Part shown: piece by piece, positions 52,335-62,342 of the stretch | Layout of the letters: each line of letters starts with the position of its first letter | Numbering within the stretch: the stretch's first letter is position 1 | Assembly: GCA_048939995.1 (NCBI GenBank) | Contig: JBHLOY010000011.1 | Coordinates: 64,001-128,000 of the forward strand | Source: Promethearchaeota archaeon | Lineage (GTDB): Archaea; Asgardarchaeota; Lokiarchaeia; Sigyniarchaeales; SOKP01 | Reading direction: 5' to 3' | Length of the DNA: 64,000 nt | Notes under the pieces: generated by a model | What the model was told of the DNA's origin: nothing | Seen by the model: the letters and a program-made list of their open reading frames with translations, nothing else | Database searches by the model: none | Program-made: the position numbers and the translations under genes

Positions 52335-53339
52335 CTAACCATTTTTATTTTTTTTATATTCTTTATAATAGATTGATCTTCTAATCAAATATTTTCTTAA
52401 GAACCATCTTAAAAGAGGGGTTAGATATCTCTTAAACCCTATCCATTTTTTTGCTTCAGCATAGAAATCTTGCAAAGTATAATTTTGAAAATTAAGTTTC
52501 TTTTCTATCTCAGAAGGGGTAATATATCCACAGTGGTATCCTGTTGTAGAAAATGCTTCTCCTGGGAAGAAATCGCTTCCCAAACCCATAATTTTGAATA
52601 TTTTAGCTAGAAAATCGCTATATTCGACTCTACAATCAGCTCCGCCACCAATATTATAGATTCTTCCCCAGACATCATCCCGTTCTAAAGCATTTACTAT
52701 AGCTTGTCCAACATCTCCAGTTCCTACGAGTTCTAATTTCGTCTCTAAAGGCATTCTAAACATAGTTGGATGAAATTTTAAGGTACTAGTTGATGCACAA
52801 TAAGATAATCTAAAAATACAAAAGTTTAAACCAGAATTTTGAATAATTTTTTCAGCTTCCAATTTGGATTCACCATAATTATCACCAGGACTTGGTTTAG
52901 TTGGATCCTTGACAGTAATCCAAGGATTTCTTATGCGATCTCCATATACAGCTATCGAAGAAGTATAAAGAATTTTAGGATTACCTACAGATTTATTTAT
53001 TGAAGTTAATAGATTTTGAGTACCCTTAACATTCACAGCATACACATTACTAGGTGTATTATATTTTGATATAGGAATTACTCCTGCTATATGAATTACT
53101 ATATCAAGATTCTTTACCGCTTCCTGAAGAGAAGCTAAATTGCCTAGATCTCCCCAGATTATATCTATATGTTCTTCATATTGTTTAAATAATCTTCTAT
53201 TCTTCTTAGAGTCTCTAAGGAGTAATCTAATCTTATATTTATCATTTTTTTCATATAATGCTTCAAATGTTTTTATCCCTACACTCCCAGAAGCTCCAGT
53301 TAAAAGTACTGTCTGTTTAAGCAATGTTAATCGATCCAT
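52335..53339 (-). CDS. Extended SDR NAD-dependent epimerase/dehydrogenase (3-beta-HSD-like)
   Basis: TGASGSVG, HIAG, TSS and YGESK motifs. Confidence 0.85.
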   Translation of the reverse strand: MDRLTLLKQTVLLTGASGSVGIKTFEALYEKNDKYKIRLLLRDSKKNRRLFKQYEEHIDIIWGDLGNLASLQEAVKNLDIVIHIAGVIPISKYNTPSNVYAVNVKGTQNLLTSINKSVGNPKILYTSSIAVYGDRIRNPWITVKDPTKPSPGDNYGESKLEAEKIIQNSGLNFCIFRLSYCASTSTLKFHPTMFRMPLETKLELVGTGDVGQAIVNALERDDVWGRIYNIGGGADCRVEYSDFLAKIFKIMGLGSDFFPGEAFSTTGYHCGYITPSEIEKKLNFQNYTLQDFYAEAKKWIGFKRYLTPLLRWFLRKYLIRRSIYYKEYKKNKNG

Positions 53340-53439
53340 TTCTGAAAAAGATTGATTCTTTAAAATTAATTATCATTTTTATATGTTACATAATCAGAAA
53401 GCTTTATTTTAGAAACCAGTAGATGGAATAAGAAAAAAG

Positions 53440-54633
53440 TTAAGTAAATTTCCTTTCAAAAATTTCCATTAAAAATTCTTCTAATTTTGGAGCTGGAATA
53501 TCTAGTAAAGTAATCTCTAAGTGTCTTCCTCGATCTTTTTCTTCAATTCTTACAGTTTTAGAGGAAACTACATTTAAATTATTCAACTCTCTCACATATT
53601 TTCTAAAACTCATTTTTACATGAGGCTCAACTGAATATGCTTCACAAATAGCTTGATATTCTTCATAGGCTTCCTCTACGATAGTAAATGGCTCATCTGT
53701 ATTCATTAAAGCTCGTGTAATTCCATATAATGCTAACAATTCTTGATCACTAAGACGATCTACAATTTCTCCTCTAAAAGTGGGATAAACTTGGTTTGAA
53801 GCTTCTCTGATGGCATCGGGACGAATTTTTTCTAAACCTTCTCGATCAGCATACAAACCGCTCATTCGCAAAATTTCTATACCATGTCTCATATTCTTAT
53901 GTTGAGCAACGATTTGACTTACCATATTTAAAATTTCATCATTTAGCACATTTTCTTTAAAAGCTAAGTCGCTTCTATACTGCAATATCTGTTTAGATTC
54001 ATCAAAATTATAGGGTTTAAGTTTAATAGTGTGATTTATTCTACTTAAAATTCTCTCAGTTTCAACTTTCATCCAAGCATTACTTCTTGATACTAAAATG
54101 AGGGAAAGTTTGGCATTTTGATGTCCAAAAGTCTCTGCTATATCTAGAAATGCTAGAATTTCATCAGATTGTAATAAATGAATCTCATCGATTATGATAA
54201 GCATATATCCAGATTCTCTTACCAATTTTGTTAAGATTAACTTTAATGCTTCGTCATCACTAAATCCTCTCCCACTTCCATGGGTGTACTTAGCTAACAG
54301 GTCTCTAATTATTTTACTTTTTGTTCGAAAATTAATACAATTATAATACTCCACAAAAAAGTTAACATCTCTTTCGATGGCTATATTTCTAAAATTCCTC
54401 CCAAAGTATCTAGATGTGGCAGTCTTGCCCACTCCAGCTTTCCCTAGAATGAGACAATTAATTGATGGTTGTTCTTTTTCTTCTAGAATTCTGCGAAAAG
54501 CAAAGATGAGATCCTTAATTTCTTTGTCCCGACAATATAATTTTTCTGGAACATAACTTAAATCGAGAGAATTAAATTGTCTGAAAACAGATTTTTTCAT
54601 AAATTGTTTTCTAAACTCGTTCTCGTCAGACAT
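53440..54633 (-). CDS. cdc6: Orc1/Cdc6 replication initiator
   Basis: YVPEKLYCR, Walker A GKAGVGKT, YYNC, Walker B IIIDE, RILSR and PY motifs; C-terminal winged helix. Confidence 0.92.
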   Translation of the reverse strand: MSDENEFRKQFMKKSVFRQFNSLDLSYVPEKLYCRDKEIKDLIFAFRRILEEKEQPSINCLILGKAGVGKTATSRYFGRNFRNIAIERDVNFFVEYYNCINFRTKSKIIRDLLAKYTHGSGRGFSDDEALKLILTKLVRESGYMLIIIDEIHLLQSDEILAFLDIAETFGHQNAKLSLILVSRSNAWMKVETERILSRINHTIKLKPYNFDESKQILQYRSDLAFKENVLNDEILNMVSQIVAQHKNMRHGIEILRMSGLYADREGLEKIRPDAIREASNQVYPTFRGEIVDRLSDQELLALYGITRALMNTDEPFTIVEEAYEEYQAICEAYSVEPHVKMSFRKYVRELNNLNVVSSKTVRIEEKDRGRHLEITLLDIPAPKLEEFLMEIFERKFT

Positions 54634-54765
54634 AACCTAATATCAACCCATATAAAATATGGTATATATAGTAAATATAGTACGATCTAAGTTTAAACTT
54701 TCTATAAAAAAATATTAGATTAATAAAATAAGCTTATTATAAATTTTTTTACTTTCAGTCCTAAT

Positions 54766-55689
54766 TTAAAATTTATTCGAATTGTTAAGGGGATGCATCA
54801 TCGAATAAGACTGTTTCAATTTTGTGATATCATTTTTAGCATAGATACGGGTTGTATTCGGAGAACTGTGGCCTAAAATATCCTGTAGTTCACTAATATC
54901 CATACCAGAGCGCCTAAGATGGGTTGCGCCAGTGTGTCTAAAAACATGCGGGGTGATTGCTTTTGAATCTGGAAAACCACATCTTCCTTTTATAATTTTG
55001 ATATCTGATTGTACAACTCGAGGGCTTAACTTCTTCCCCCAGGTGTTTACCAATAGATAATCCTCAGAATCATACGAAATGCGATTTCTGAGATTTTCTT
55101 TGAACAATTCCAAAGTTTTTTTATCTACTGGGACGATACGTTCTTTATTTCCTTTTCCCCTTAATTTTAGATAACCCTTCTCGAAATCGATATCCTTTAT
55201 TTGTATATTACATAATTCACTAACTCTTGCCATTGTTGAATATAATAATCTAACGATCAAATAATATCTTTGACTTTTCTTAGAGCTAAAAAGTCTTCTG
55301 TCTTTCAATTTTTTAAAAATTTCCTCAATATCAGAGACTTTTAGAAACTTCGGAAGACTTTCTTCAAGCTTTATTTTTGGAGAATGTATCTTTGTCATTG
55401 GATTCTTTTCAATATATTCATTTAATGATAAAAACTTAAAGAAGGACCTTAAACAGGCAATTTTTCTCCCAATTCCCTTTTTTGTATATCCCATATCTTT
55501 TAATTTTTTCAGAAATAATCTTACTCTCTGTGGCATAACCGGAGAATCTATTTCAATATCTCCTGTTAATTCAATAAATTTTTCAAGATCATAATGATAA
55601 GCTCTAATAGTTGATTGTGTACATCCCTCTTCAACTTCTTTTGAGATTAAAAAATCACTAATGAAATCGGAAAATTTGTAATTTGCCAT
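54766..55689 (-). CDS. xerA: XerA/XerC-type tyrosine recombinase
   Basis: SAM-like N-domain; LPKFL, ARVSE, GKGNKERIVP, TPHVFRH and LGH...TRIY motifs. Confidence 0.88.
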   Translation of the reverse strand: MANYKFSDFISDFLISKEVEEGCTQSTIRAYHYDLEKFIELTGDIEIDSPVMPQRVRLFLKKLKDMGYTKKGIGRKIACLRSFFKFLSLNEYIEKNPMTKIHSPKIKLEESLPKFLKVSDIEEIFKKLKDRRLFSSKKSQRYYLIVRLLYSTMARVSELCNIQIKDIDFEKGYLKLRGKGNKERIVPVDKKTLELFKENLRNRISYDSEDYLLVNTWGKKLSPRVVQSDIKIIKGRCGFPDSKAITPHVFRHTGATHLRRSGMDISELQDILGHSSPNTTRIYAKNDITKLKQSYSMMHPLNNSNKF

Positions 55690-55702
55690 AATAATTTCAA
55701 TA

Positions 55703-55716
55703 TGATCGGGATATTA
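55703..55716 (-). repeat. 14-bp motif TAATATCCCGATCA (copy 1, inverted relative to 58233-58246)
   Basis: + strand TGATCGGGATATTA, 14 nt upstream of the xerA start. Confidence 0.5.
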
Positions 55717-55853
55717 CAAAATACAGAGTAATATCTAGGTGACACTAAAAATGTATATAATGAGCAGAAATAAATTTTCTTACCTTTCTTCTTTCTGATA
55801 TTCCAACTTAAGGAAAGTTTTAATTTATTTTTTTTCTCTAAAATAAGAAACTA

Positions 55854-56795
55854 TTAACCCTTTTTTAATTGACGTAAAAATTTACAAGCATTGATTCCTG
55901 CACGTGCTCCTTCTGCTGCAGCAAAAACTACTTGAAATAGACCACCCGTGACATCTCCAGCAGCATATACACCCTTTACATGAGTTTGTTGATTATCATC
56001 AATTTTTACATTCCCCTTCTCATCTAATTCAATTCCAGCTTTTTTGAAAATTGAATTAGAAGGAACATGAGATAATATAAATAAACAATCTAATTCGATT
56101 TCTTTGATATCCTCTTCACCTATTTCTTCCTTATTAATAGGTTTGACAGTTATTTTTTGGATTATGCCATCTGAATCGGATATAGCTTCTATGATCTCTG
56201 TATTATCAAGAATGTCTATTTTACTTTGTTTGACTTCTTCCACTTTTTCTGGTAACTCCCCTACTCCTAAATTGGTAATAATATGTACTTTACATCCCAT
56301 TTGCTTAAGGATTAAAGCATCTTCCAGCATTTCAGCATCACTCCCATACAAGTACACTTCTCTATCTTTATATAAAGGGCCATCACATAAAGCACAATAA
56401 GAAATTCCAAAACCTATCAACGAGCTCTCCCCTTTAATTATCTCTTTCCTCTTTCCTGTTCCTGTAGCAATAATAACAGCATCAGAAGTAATATTTGCTG
56501 TTCGGGTTGAAATCATATTAGCTCCCATTCCAATCATTAACGAGATGACATCACCTTCAATAATCCTTACATGATCAAAACTCTCTGCATGGCTCTTGAA
56601 CTTTTTAAGTAAATCACTCCCAGAAGTATCTCTTTCACCTATCCAATTTTGAATTTCTTTTGCTTTAACTAATGCAGAGGGTTCTTTTCCTTCTAGAATT
56701 ATCGTGTCTCTATTTGCTCGACCGCAATAAACACCAGCAGTTAAACCAGCAGGGCCAGCTCCAATTATTAGTACTTCGCATTTGTATTCATCCAT
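55854..56795 (-). CDS. trxB: Thioredoxin-disulfide reductase
   Basis: GAGPAG, IATG, SYCALCDG and GVYAAGDV motifs; the NADPH GGG motif is degenerate (YGSD). Confidence 0.85.
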   Translation of the reverse strand: MDEYKCEVLIIGAGPAGLTAGVYCGRANRDTIILEGKEPSALVKAKEIQNWIGERDTSGSDLLKKFKSHAESFDHVRIIEGDVISLMIGMGANMISTRTANITSDAVIIATGTGKRKEIIKGESSLIGFGISYCALCDGPLYKDREVYLYGSDAEMLEDALILKQMGCKVHIITNLGVGELPEKVEEVKQSKIDILDNTEIIEAISDSDGIIQKITVKPINKEEIGEEDIKEIELDCLFILSHVPSNSIFKKAGIELDEKGNVKIDDNQQTHVKGVYAAGDVTGGLFQVVFAAAEGARAGINACKFLRQLKKG

Positions 56796-57021
56796 CAGAA
56801 CTAACCTTGTAACTATCTTATATAATTAATGATTTATTGACCTTCTTAAATTTTTTTACCTTTTTAAATTTAAATTAAAAAATATGATTCAAAATTAAAA
56901 AATACGACTTTACTATTTAGTATTATTTGATTAATCAATTATTACCACACATTTTTATAGATGATTGTATAGGTATATTGTAAAAATCTAATAAAAAAGA
57001 TCAAATAATTGGTGAATTATA

Positions 57022-57687
57022 TTGGAAATGAAGAAAGTATTAAAGATAATCACAATAATTGGAGTCATTTTAATCGTTTTAGGTCCTATTTTAGGATTTG
57101 CATTAAATAAAGTTACGATAGTTTCTCGAGGTCCAGAAAACCCAATAGTAATACCTGAGACTAGTACAACATCTATTCGCGATGCTTTTGCTCAAGACAT
57201 AACAATTACAAAAAATCAAAAAATGATTATTGAATTTTCGCTTTTTTATCCAAATGTCTCAGCAACTTTAATAATTCTAGGAAAAGGTACTTTTGATTAC
57301 TATTTTGCATTAGATAGCGCTCCACCTGGTTCTGGGTTAACTTTTATTTATTCACAATTTACTTGGGGGGAATATGTTCCAAATACAGTAGTACCTGCTA
57401 ATTCACGTTCAATAAGTAATGAAGGATATTGGTATATAGAATTTGCAGGTGGAGTTTCTGGAATAAGTCTTATTTCAAGGCCAGGAATTTACGTTGTTGT
57501 TATATATGGGGTTAATACAGGACCCCCAGCTTATACAAATGTCATGTTCGATCTAAATGTTAAAGTTGATGGTCCGGGAGGATTTTTAAACACGCTATTT
57601 TTAACTATTGGTATAATTCTTCTTGCTGTTGCCGCTATATTACTTTCTTATAGTTATCTTAATAAACTACGGAGGGGAATTGATTAA
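57022..57687 (+). CDS. Hypothetical protein with N- and C-terminal TM anchors
   Basis: Hydrophobic termini around a beta-rich domain. Confidence 0.65.
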   Translation: MEMKKVLKIITIIGVILIVLGPILGFALNKVTIVSRGPENPIVIPETSTTSIRDAFAQDITITKNQKMIIEFSLFYPNVSATLIILGKGTFDYYFALDSAPPGSGLTFIYSQFTWGEYVPNTVVPANSRSISNEGYWYIEFAGGVSGISLISRPGIYVVVIYGVNTGPPAYTNVMFDLNVKVDGPGGFLNTLFLTIGIILLAVAAILLSYSYLNKLRRGID

Positions 57688-58163
57688 TGGGAGAAGTGAG
57701 AAAGAAACCGAGTCGATTAATCGATAATATTCCGTTATTGGACAAAAGGAAAGCAATGAAATTTATTATTTATGGGTTAATTGCAGCAATTTTGTTTGGT
57801 TTAATTATGATGATTAGTAGATCAATTGCTCAAAATGCCTCCTCTTGGGAAGCATTAGCGAATCAAGAGAATGACATAAGCTATTGGAATGGTGAATATG
57901 GTTATAATGACTATCTCCACAGACAAGAAGAAATTGACAGAATACGGTATTGGATGGAATTTCAAGATTTAATCTTTGTGAATATAGCTCGAGTTGGAGT
58001 CAATATCGCATTGGTCTTTATGCTTATTGGTTTCTTAAGCTTGGGTGTTTCTGAGAACATTGATGAAAGAGCAAGGCGAATTTATTTGATTATTTCAGGT
58101 TTAATCTTATTTGTAATAATGTTTACGACGTTTTTCGCATCGATTAGCATTTCAGTGTCATAA
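57687..58163 (+). CDS. Hypothetical 3-TM membrane protein
   Basis: Translationally coupled to the previous gene (TAATG). Confidence 0.7.
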   Translation: MGEVRKKPSRLIDNIPLLDKRKAMKFIIYGLIAAILFGLIMMISRSIAQNASSWEALANQENDISYWNGEYGYNDYLHRQEEIDRIRYWMEFQDLIFVNIARVGVNIALVFMLIGFLSLGVSENIDERARRIYLIISGLILFVIMFTTFFASISISVS

Positions 58164-58232
58164 ACTAAATCTAAATTCTTTTTTATTTTTTTATTTTAGA
58201 ATTCGTAAAACGTATGTTTCACGTTCTTTAGA

Positions 58233-58246
58233 TAATATCCCGATCA
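58233..58246 (+). repeat. 14-bp motif TAATATCCCGATCA (copy 2)
   Basis: Exact reverse complement of 55703-55716. Confidence 0.5.
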
Positions 58247-58345
58247 CATTTAGATATTTTAAAGGTATAATCTCCAAGATATCTAATTCATAACAATTTA
58301 ACTTATCAAGGTGTTAGATTTATTAATGAATTAATCTGGACTTCA

Positions 58346-58492
58346 ATGAAACCTACTATTGAGGCTATTTTTGATAAAATACAAAGCTGCTTAGAGCAGT
58401 GGACCGATGATACCAAAGAATTACAAGCTAGTATTATTGAAGATTATGCTAAGTTAATTCATGAGATGTTAAGATACGCTGAAACCTTATAA
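58346..58492 (+). CDS. Putative small helical protein or gene remnant (48 aa)
   Basis: MKPTIEAIFDKIQSCLEQW...YAETL*; the frame is open about 25 codons further upstream without a start codon. Confidence 0.35.
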   Translation: MKPTIEAIFDKIQSCLEQWTDDTKELQASIIEDYAKLIHEMLRYAETL

Positions 58493-58766
58493 AGCCATCA
58501 GAAGTTTTATTTGAAATTAAACATCCAACTTTATATCTATTTTTAATTAGTTTTTATATCTTAAGGATCCATAAAGAATTTTAAAAATTTTTTTTTAATT
58601 TTTAAAATGAGAGATATACAATCTTGTCTAACTATGTAGTAACAAATAATAAGGCTCTAAGGTTTTTTAAAATAAATTGAAATTTTAAAATTGTAATCGA
58701 TTTACTCTTAATTCATAACAATATCTCCATCTAAACTATATCTAAAATTATGAGAGTACTTTAAAA

Positions 58767-61271
58767 ATGAGTGAAATTAATGAAAATTTAGGAAAACAAG
58801 AAAAATTGCAGAGATTTAAGATAGCTGAACCACATGATTTATCAAAACGCTCAAAATGGTTAAGAGATTACTATTTTAAAGGCGCTGAAAGAGAATGGAA
58901 TAACCAGTGGATGACTTTTACGACAGGTACAGACTGGGATATAATTTGGAATGAAGGAGACTATTATATCGTCCCAGAAGTCCATACTTTTATAGGAAAT
59001 AAAGGTAAAGGTGTTTTTGCAAGCTCTTTTCGATCTATGGCTGTGTCAGTTAAATTACCTGAAAATTTCTGGGGATTATCCCTACCAGAACGAAGAATAG
59101 CTTTTTTTGAGAAAGTAGTGTTAGATTATATACCTCAAGAGATTATATCTGAAAATGATTTAATTGGAGGTGGTAGATTTAATACACAATTAAGCAAGTG
59201 TCTCAATAAAAATGAAGCTAATAAGTTTTGGAAAATGAATTTAAAAGTTCGTAGAAAATTATTTAAATTTAATAAATCAGGTTTTGGAAATTTAGGTGCA
59301 ACAGGTGGACATATCATTCCTGACTATGAGACTATTCTTAATAAAGGATTCAAATATATACATAAAAAAGCAGAAGAGAACTACCAAAAATTAAGTATAA
59401 AGGAAAAGAAAGGATCGAAAGGACAAGAATTAAGAGCTATGATAATGGCTGCTGAGATTCCAAGAAAATTGGCTAAAAAATACGCTGAAGAATGCAGGAG
59501 GCTAAAAGAAAAGACCTCCTCTCATGAGAGAGCAGAAGAACTTGAACAAATGGCTCATAATTTGGAAAGAGTCCCATGGGAACCTTCAGAAACCTTCTGG
59601 CAAGGCGTTCAATCAATTTGGCTCACTCATATGCTAATTATGGCTGAAGAATCATATCCTGGACCAGGAACTTCTTTTGGTCGAATAGACCAGCATTTAT
59701 GGCATCTATATAAAAAAGATGTAATTGATGAGAAAACAATTACGAAAGAATTTGCCAAAGATATTTTAGGGAGTTTTTGGTTTCATTCTAACACTGCTTA
59801 CGATGCTATGATTAAAGTAGGAAACCAAGGAATAACTTCGGGTTATGGGCAATTAATTACTTTATCCGGTTGTGGTCCTAATGGTGAAGATTTAACTAAT
59901 GAATTGACTTATACTATTTTAGAAGTTATTGATGAGTGGCATCCAATCTTAGAGCCAAAACCAAATATACGGCTTCATAGAAATTCCCCTGAAAACTTAT
60001 TAAACAGAATAATTGATATAATTTCAGGATCGCAAGGAGCTCCTTTTTTAATAAATTTTGATGAAAAAAGTATAGCTGGAATGGTTACTGAAGGGATACC
60101 GAAGCAAGATGCTTGGAATTATGCATGTGTTGGATGTTTAGAAAATACAATGCAAGGAAATGATAGATCGGGAACGGTTAATTGTAATCCTAATTTAACA
60201 AAAAGTATGGAACTGACTCTTTGGAATGGAAAAAACATGCCAGGTAATTTCATTAAGCCTTGGACGAAAGATGGAGAACAATTGGGACCAAAATCAGGAG
60301 AACCAAAAAATTTCAAATCTTGGGATGAGTTTTGGGATGCTTGGAAAGAACAAATCAAATTTATTATAAAATTTATGGTAGAAATAAACAACATGACTGA
60401 AGAACTCAGAGGCAAATACATGCCAACACCATTTTTATCAACATTTGTGCAAGGTTGTATTGAAAAAGGTTTGGATGTAAGAAATGGAGGTCCTGAATTA
60501 AGTTATGTAACCGTAAATGGTGTAGGATTTGCAACTACAGTGGATTCATTACTAGCAATTAAAAAGTTAGTATTTGAAGATAAAAAATATTCAATTGAGG
60601 AAATTAAAGAAGCCTTAATTAACGATTTCGAAGGAGAAAAATATGTTGTAATGCAAACTATATTAAAAAATAAAGCTCCAAAATATGGATGTGATAATGA
60701 AATATCGGATGAATTAGCAAGAAAAGTGATGAAAACGTGGGGAGATGAAACCTGGAAATATAAGACGCCTACCAATTTTCAATATCGACCAGGTATGTTA
60801 TCATGGAATTATTGGGCAGGAGCAGCAGCTCAATTTACAATAGCTACACCAGATGGGCGTAAAAGAGGTACTTATCTCTCAAACGCAATGTGCCCAACTG
60901 ATGGAGTTGATAATGGACCTACGGCGGTTACAAATTCAGTTGGGATTGCTTTAGGCGGAAAAACAGAAGGAGGCGAGTTTATTAATTATTTACCAAGTGG
61001 CTCAAGTCATACTATAACTTTTAATCCAAGTATATTAAGAGATCCTGAGCATAAAGAAAAATTTAAATCATATTTAAGGGGTTATGATGAAAATGGGGGT
61101 ACTTGTTTGCAAATAAATATGTTAGATGCAAATATGTTGAGAGATGCGCAAAAACACCCTGAAAATTATAAAAATCTATTAGTAAGGATAACTGGTTATA
61201 ATGCTTACTTTACAGCTATCGGAAAAGAACTACAAGATGAGATTATCGCTCGTGAATCTCATAGAATGTAA
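58767..61271 (+). CDS. Glycyl radical enzyme (PFL2/eliminase-like, substrate unknown)
   Basis: GGHIIPDY, SFGRIDQ, Cys loop YACVGCLE, APKYG, TPDGR and Gly loop LLVRITGY motifs. Confidence 0.92.
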   Translation: MSEINENLGKQEKLQRFKIAEPHDLSKRSKWLRDYYFKGAEREWNNQWMTFTTGTDWDIIWNEGDYYIVPEVHTFIGNKGKGVFASSFRSMAVSVKLPENFWGLSLPERRIAFFEKVVLDYIPQEIISENDLIGGGRFNTQLSKCLNKNEANKFWKMNLKVRRKLFKFNKSGFGNLGATGGHIIPDYETILNKGFKYIHKKAEENYQKLSIKEKKGSKGQELRAMIMAAEIPRKLAKKYAEECRRLKEKTSSHERAEELEQMAHNLERVPWEPSETFWQGVQSIWLTHMLIMAEESYPGPGTSFGRIDQHLWHLYKKDVIDEKTITKEFAKDILGSFWFHSNTAYDAMIKVGNQGITSGYGQLITLSGCGPNGEDLTNELTYTILEVIDEWHPILEPKPNIRLHRNSPENLLNRIIDIISGSQGAPFLINFDEKSIAGMVTEGIPKQDAWNYACVGCLENTMQGNDRSGTVNCNPNLTKSMELTLWNGKNMPGNFIKPWTKDGEQLGPKSGEPKNFKSWDEFWDAWKEQIKFIIKFMVEINNMTEELRGKYMPTPFLSTFVQGCIEKGLDVRNGGPELSYVTVNGVGFATTVDSLLAIKKLVFEDKKYSIEEIKEALINDFEGEKYVVMQTILKNKAPKYGCDNEISDELARKVMKTWGDETWKYKTPTNFQYRPGMLSWNYWAGAAAQFTIATPDGRKRGTYLSNAMCPTDGVDNGPTAVTNSVGIALGGKTEGGEFINYLPSGSSHTITFNPSILRDPEHKEKFKSYLRGYDENGGTCLQINMLDANMLRDAQKHPENYKNLLVRITGYNAYFTAIGKELQDEIIARESHRM

Positions 61272-61313
61272 ATTTTATATTTCTTCTTAAATTTTTTTAA
61301 GTGTGAAATTTGT

Positions 61314-62258
61314 ATGATTGATGCGGATAAGGGATTGATCTTTGAAATTCAAAAAATGTCAACTGAAGATGGACCTGGTATCCGAACTACAGTTTTTTTT
61401 AAGCAATGTCCTTTAAGATGTATATGGTGTCATAATCCAGAATCAATCTTGAGAAAACCTCAATTAGAATGGCTTAAACATAAGTGTATTGAATGTAGGA
61501 CATGTATAGAAGTATGTCAGCAAAAAGCTCTTTCTTTCTTTGAAGAAGGGCTAAATATAGACAGAGATTTATGTACTAGCTGTGGTGATTGTGCTAATGA
61601 GTGTCCTAGTACTGCTTTACATATGTATGGGGAATTTTGGGATTTAGATAGTTTATTTCATGAAATACAAAAGGATAAAGTGTATTATACTACATCAAAA
61701 GGAGGCATTACTTTATCCGGTGGTGAACCCACAATTCAATCGGAGTTCATTTTAAAACTTCTGAAAATGTGTAAGGAAAAAGGAATTTCAACTGCATTAG
61801 ATACATGTGGCTATGCCCCTAGAAAGAATTATGAGAAAATATTACCTTATGTTGATTTAATTCTTTTGGATATAAAAGAAATTGATTCAGAAAAACATAA
61901 GAATTTCACAGGAGTATCAAACGATTTGATTTTAGAAAATGCAATTTGGATATCGCAGTATATTGATACGAATAATAAAAAAATGTGGATACGCACACCT
62001 ATCATTCCAAATTATACTGCTACTGAAGAAAACATAAAAGGCATAGGAGAGTTTATAGTAAATAAATTAAATAATATTCCCGATCGTTGGGATTTACTTG
62101 CTTTTAATAATTTATGTACAGCAAAATACCAAAGATTAGATATAGATTGGCCCTTAAAAAATTATAACCTCCTCAGAAAGGAGGAGATTGAATACCTATA
62201 TAATTTAGCAAAGGATATTGGTGTGAAAAATGTACGATGGTCGGGTTTAATTGAATAA
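61314..62258 (+). CDS. Glycyl-radical enzyme activating protein (radical SAM with ferredoxin insert)
   Basis: DGPGIRTTVF, CPLRCIWCHNPE, two CxxCxxCxxxC motifs and SGGEP. Confidence 0.93.
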   Translation: MIDADKGLIFEIQKMSTEDGPGIRTTVFFKQCPLRCIWCHNPESILRKPQLEWLKHKCIECRTCIEVCQQKALSFFEEGLNIDRDLCTSCGDCANECPSTALHMYGEFWDLDSLFHEIQKDKVYYTTSKGGITLSGGEPTIQSEFILKLLKMCKEKGISTALDTCGYAPRKNYEKILPYVDLILLDIKEIDSEKHKNFTGVSNDLILENAIWISQYIDTNNKKMWIRTPIIPNYTATEENIKGIGEFIVNKLNNIPDRWDLLAFNNLCTAKYQRLDIDWPLKNYNLLRKEEIEYLYNLAKDIGVKNVRWSGLIE

Positions 62259-62342
62259 GAAGAAAATTCAAATGAAACATAATTAAGTAAATTTTTTAAA
62301 AATTAAGATAGAATTAATAATATAAAAAAATTTTGATTAAAG

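Noticed and set aside
54766-55689. Integrated provirus or plasmid marked by the tyrosine recombinase
   Set aside because: No tRNA/att direct repeats or viral genes; the neighbours are housekeeping genes.
53340-55853. Replication origin (ORB repeats) or dif site near cdc6/xerA
   Set aside because: No repeated TCCA-N-GAAA/G-string ORB and no convincing 11-6-11 dif palindrome seen by eye.
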